DNA of 56,383 nt from a virus (lineage: Duplodnaviria; Caudoviricetes). Positions 54,118-56,383 of this stretch are shown in pieces (positions within the stretch are counted from its first letter, which is position 1; each line of letters opens with the position of its first letter). The notes under the pieces were generated by a model. That model worked only from the letters and a program-made list of their open reading frames with translations. It did no database searches and was not told the origin of the DNA. Both the position numbers and the translations under genes were made by a program. The stretch lies in IMG/VR virus record IMGVR_UViG_3300031841_002004, positions 1-56,383 of that record; one strand, 5' to 3'.

Positions 54118-54341
54118 CGTCCTGGCATTCGTTTTACGGGGGACTCGGGGTCAGCAATGCCGTACATGGCATTGCCCATGATTTTTATTTCAGGGCTGTC
54201 TACGTGAATGACAGACCCGTCTTTGAAGAGATGAACTACCCACACGGAATTAATCATTGGCCCGTAGTCAATGAGGAATAGGGCATGGCCTTCTCCGGCA
54301 GGCGTGTTGACATAGATTTCTGGATTGATGCGACTAATCAC
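54114..54341 (-). CDS. Small conserved-looking phage protein
   Basis: V.TP.GEG.A.FLIDYG....WVV motif. Confidence 0.65.
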   Translation of the reverse strand: MISRINPEIYVNTPAGEGHALFLIDYGPMINSVWVVHLFKDGSVIHVDSPEIKIMGNAMYGIADPESPVKRMPGR

Positions 54342-54501
54342 AACTGCCCCATGTATCTATCATTCGTTTCTGAATTCTTTCTAACTCGGACTCCAACTCT
54401 CTAATCCTCTTCGCCATCTCCTCTGGGCTGCGAGTGATGTGTTGTTTCCTACTGCTTGTTTTTTGCTGCTTACCTGTAACCGGCGTTGGGTCACTTGCCA
54501 T
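54334..54501 (-). CDS. Small hypothetical protein, 55 aa, not in the ORF track
   Basis: Translated by hand (MASDPTPVTG...); fills the gap between neighbours. Confidence 0.45.
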   Translation of the reverse strand: MASDPTPVTGKQQKTSSRKQHITRSPEEMAKRIRELESELERIQKRMIDTWGSCD

Positions 54502-54673
54502 TCTTCTTGCCTCGTTTAAACCAATTGAAAATTCTTCTTAACAATCCTTTTTTTCTCTCGGGTCTTTCGCCAGGAGGAAACGCATGCTCGATGTCGAACC
54601 GCTGATGAAACACATGAACTGTTTCCTCCAGCAATGCGTCCTGTCTCTCAACTTGCTGTTCTGAATTTTTCAT
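54491..54673 (-). CDS. Small hypothetical protein
   Basis: Overlaps its neighbours. Confidence 0.45.
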   Translation of the reverse strand: MKNSEQQVERQDALLEETVHVFHQRFDIEHAFPPGERPERKKGLLRRIFNWFKRGKKNGK

Positions 54674-55691
54674 TTCTTCGCCCTATCTCCTTTCGGTACA
54701 AACCTCGTATCCATCCGGTGAGCGTTGGGTTGTTCGCCCCCCACTCCAAATAACTCTTAGGTAGTTCGCTTAACTGCTTGCCTCCATACTTTCCTTTCAA
54801 CGGATTTCTGTATGTGCCTACACTTCGTCGTCCGTTCTTGGTGATGTCGTGCTTGATGCTTTGCACTTTTCCTGTAGCCTGCCCAGAGGCATTGGCTCGC
54901 ATGGCTTCAATAAGTTCAGCTTTTGCTCTTCGCTCCGCTTCTTTCCGTGTGAGTTCTTCCAGTTCTTCAGGCGTAAGAGGAGTTTCGGATTGACTACCAA
55001 TCTCACTAGCAATTCGCCTTTCCTTTGCAGAGAAGTCACAAAACATGTCAGGCGCTGTGATGAGGTTGTGATCCAAGGTGGCATCGGTGCAGTCAACAAT
55101 TTTGAAAAACGGCTTGTCTGAATTTTTGATACGTTCAATTCTTTGCTCCTTCGTAAGTCCTGGTTCATCAACTGTTCCCGGCAAGCAACGAGTCGCTCGA
55201 CCAACGCATTGCAGCCAGAAACTTCTGGAGCGTGTGGGCCTTCCAAGAATGAGTGTGGTTGTGCTTGGAACGTCGAAGCCGGTGGCACAGACGATGCAGT
55301 TGACAAGCACTTCGATGTCTCCGGCACGGTATGCTGCCAACGTGTCCCTTCGTTCTTCCTCGTCCTGTTTTCCGTGGACGTACTCGGCTTTGATTCCGTA
55401 GTTGTTTTTGAGGTAGTGGGCTGCACCTTTGGCTGAGAAGACGCTTGGCGTAAACAAGATTGTCTTGCCCTCCATGTGGCTCTTGGTGATAAGACACAGG
55501 CGGTGGAGGTTTGCTTCTTTGTGCAACTCTTGCTGGAGTTCTTTTTGTTTGTAGTCGCCCCCAGAAATCCCAACCTTTGAGAGGTCAAGGTTTTCAAGCA
55601 TCGCGAGAACAAATTTGTACGGAGCTGACCAGCCATTATCTACACCCCATTGAGTTCCAAGGTTTGCTGTGACGCAGTCGTAAAATTGCAT
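54648..55691 (-). CDS. SF2 helicase C-terminal (RecA2) half with a C-terminal GKY.G..L.ELP.SYL.W domain
   Basis: TILF, VHG, TGFDVP and Q.VGRATR (motifs IV-VI). Confidence 0.85.
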   Translation of the reverse strand: MQFYDCVTANLGTQWGVDNGWSAPYKFVLAMLENLDLSKVGISGGDYKQKELQQELHKEANLHRLCLITKSHMEGKTILFTPSVFSAKGAAHYLKNNYGIKAEYVHGKQDEEERRDTLAAYRAGDIEVLVNCIVCATGFDVPSTTTLILGRPTRSRSFWLQCVGRATRCLPGTVDEPGLTKEQRIERIKNSDKPFFKIVDCTDATLDHNLITAPDMFCDFSAKERRIASEIGSQSETPLTPEELEELTRKEAERRAKAELIEAMRANASGQATGKVQSIKHDITKNGRRSVGTYRNPLKGKYGGKQLSELPKSYLEWGANNPTLTGWIRGLYRKEIGRRNEKFRTAS

Positions 55692-56200
55692 GCTCCCTCC
55701 TTGAGCAAAGGTTTACCGTCCATCCGAAATGGCGTGGCAGTGAACCCACATACAAATGCCCCTTGGTCTTGAAAGTACTTCAGCATTTCGATGACCTTCT
55801 CACTGCATTGCAAATGGGCTTCGTCCACGATTACCATTTCGATATCTTTGAATTTTGTGTAACGCTTGTTGTCTGTCCTCCCTGACAACAGGGTTTGCTT
55901 GCAGGCCACTACAACCTTGGCAGGCCATGCGAATTCGCCATCAACTGGCGCAGAGTATTCAGCCATTTCAATGTCAGCGTTTTCCCCAACTATCTGTCTC
56001 ACCTTGTCTGCTGCTTGCCATACCAACTCGCGGAGCGGTGCAATGATCAGCGTCCGGCCTTCAATACGAGAGGCCATCGTGGCGAAGATGACGGTCTTGC
56101 CAGCCCCGGTGAACACAGCATTGAGCATTGCCTTAAACCCAAGTCGTCTGGCGTTGAAATTTCGCTCTATAATCTCTTCTTGGTAGTCGCGTGGTTTCAT
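55640..56200 (-). CDS. SF2 helicase N-terminal (RecA1) half
   Basis: PRDYQ, TGAGKT, DEAH and TATP.R.DG motifs; GGAG RBS. Confidence 0.9.
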   Translation of the reverse strand: MKPRDYQEEIIERNFNARRLGFKAMLNAVFTGAGKTVIFATMASRIEGRTLIIAPLRELVWQAADKVRQIVGENADIEMAEYSAPVDGEFAWPAKVVVACKQTLLSGRTDNKRYTKFKDIEMVIVDEAHLQCSEKVIEMLKYFQDQGAFVCGFTATPFRMDGKPLLKEGACNFTTASQQTLELNGV

Positions 56201-56213
56201 TAGTTCTCCAGGT

Positions 56214-56258
56214 AAAGAAGGCCCTCCGGCCCTGTCAGGAGGTAACAGAGCCGGAGGG
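56214..56258 (-). terminator. Hairpin, probable terminator after ssb
   Basis: ccctccggc/gccggaggg stem followed by CUUCUUU on the minus strand. Confidence 0.55.
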
Positions 56259-56278
56259 TGGCAGCGAGAAGGTCGCGC

Positions 56279-56383
56279 CTAAAATCGACCGGCAAAGTCA
56301 TCCTCAAGGGACTCGGTTTTCTTTTTGCCCCCACCTAGTAATTGCACGTTGCCAACTACTAGCCGCATCTTTTGTCGCTTCTC
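56279..56383 (-). CDS. ssb: Single-stranded DNA-binding protein, C-terminal end (partial)
   Basis: EKRQKMRLVVGNVQLLGG followed by an acidic tail ending in F. Confidence 0.65.
   Translation of the reverse strand, partial: EKRQKMRLVVGNVQLLGGGKKKTESLEDDFAGRF

Noticed and set aside
54818-55636. 272-aa alternative-frame ORF inside the helicase C-terminal half
   Set aside because: S/T/P/R-rich sequence without motifs or RBS, typical of an off-frame shadow.
55640-55702. Helicase break considered as a sequencing error or pseudogene
   Set aside because: A perfect SD and ATG sit exactly at the domain boundary and both halves keep intact motifs; kept as a finding instead.
1-56383. Alternative genetic code or stop-codon readthrough
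   Set aside because: Standard-code ORFs tile the window densely and all three stop codons end genes.

Overview
The whole window is most of a tailed dsDNA bacteriophage genome, probably podovirus-like and from an aquatic host. A Planctomycetota host is suspected from protein styles but not proven. There are three blocks. (1) 50-34829, minus strand: late/structural genes, including putative ejected proteins, a tail nozzle and adaptor, a sulfotransferase, an FN3/LamG adhesin, a repeat tail fibre, portal, terminase, a glycosyltransferase, capsid decoration protein, major capsid and scaffold. (2) About 34830-36990: a largely non-coding switch region with one orphan gene, sigma70-like promoters and a direct repeat. 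It is followed by plus-strand early genes at 37000-46247 (gp88-like, YubB-like, ASCH, a C5 DNA methyltransferase with a nested out-of-frame gene, a serine recombinase). (3) 46042-56383, minus strand: a phage sigma factor, a membrane-protein/two-protease cassette in place of any recognisable endolysin, a nuclease cluster, a split SF2 helicase and the end of ssb. The strongest unexplained signals are a ~430-nt densely base-paired non-coding element among replication/nuclease genes, several multibranch intergenic RNA structures in the early region (including a clean four-way junction before the ASCH gene), a recurring GGACAnT late-promoter motif, and two adjacent small basic proteins with an identical 13-aa leader. 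All assignments are by eye from motifs and gene order; no database searches were run.
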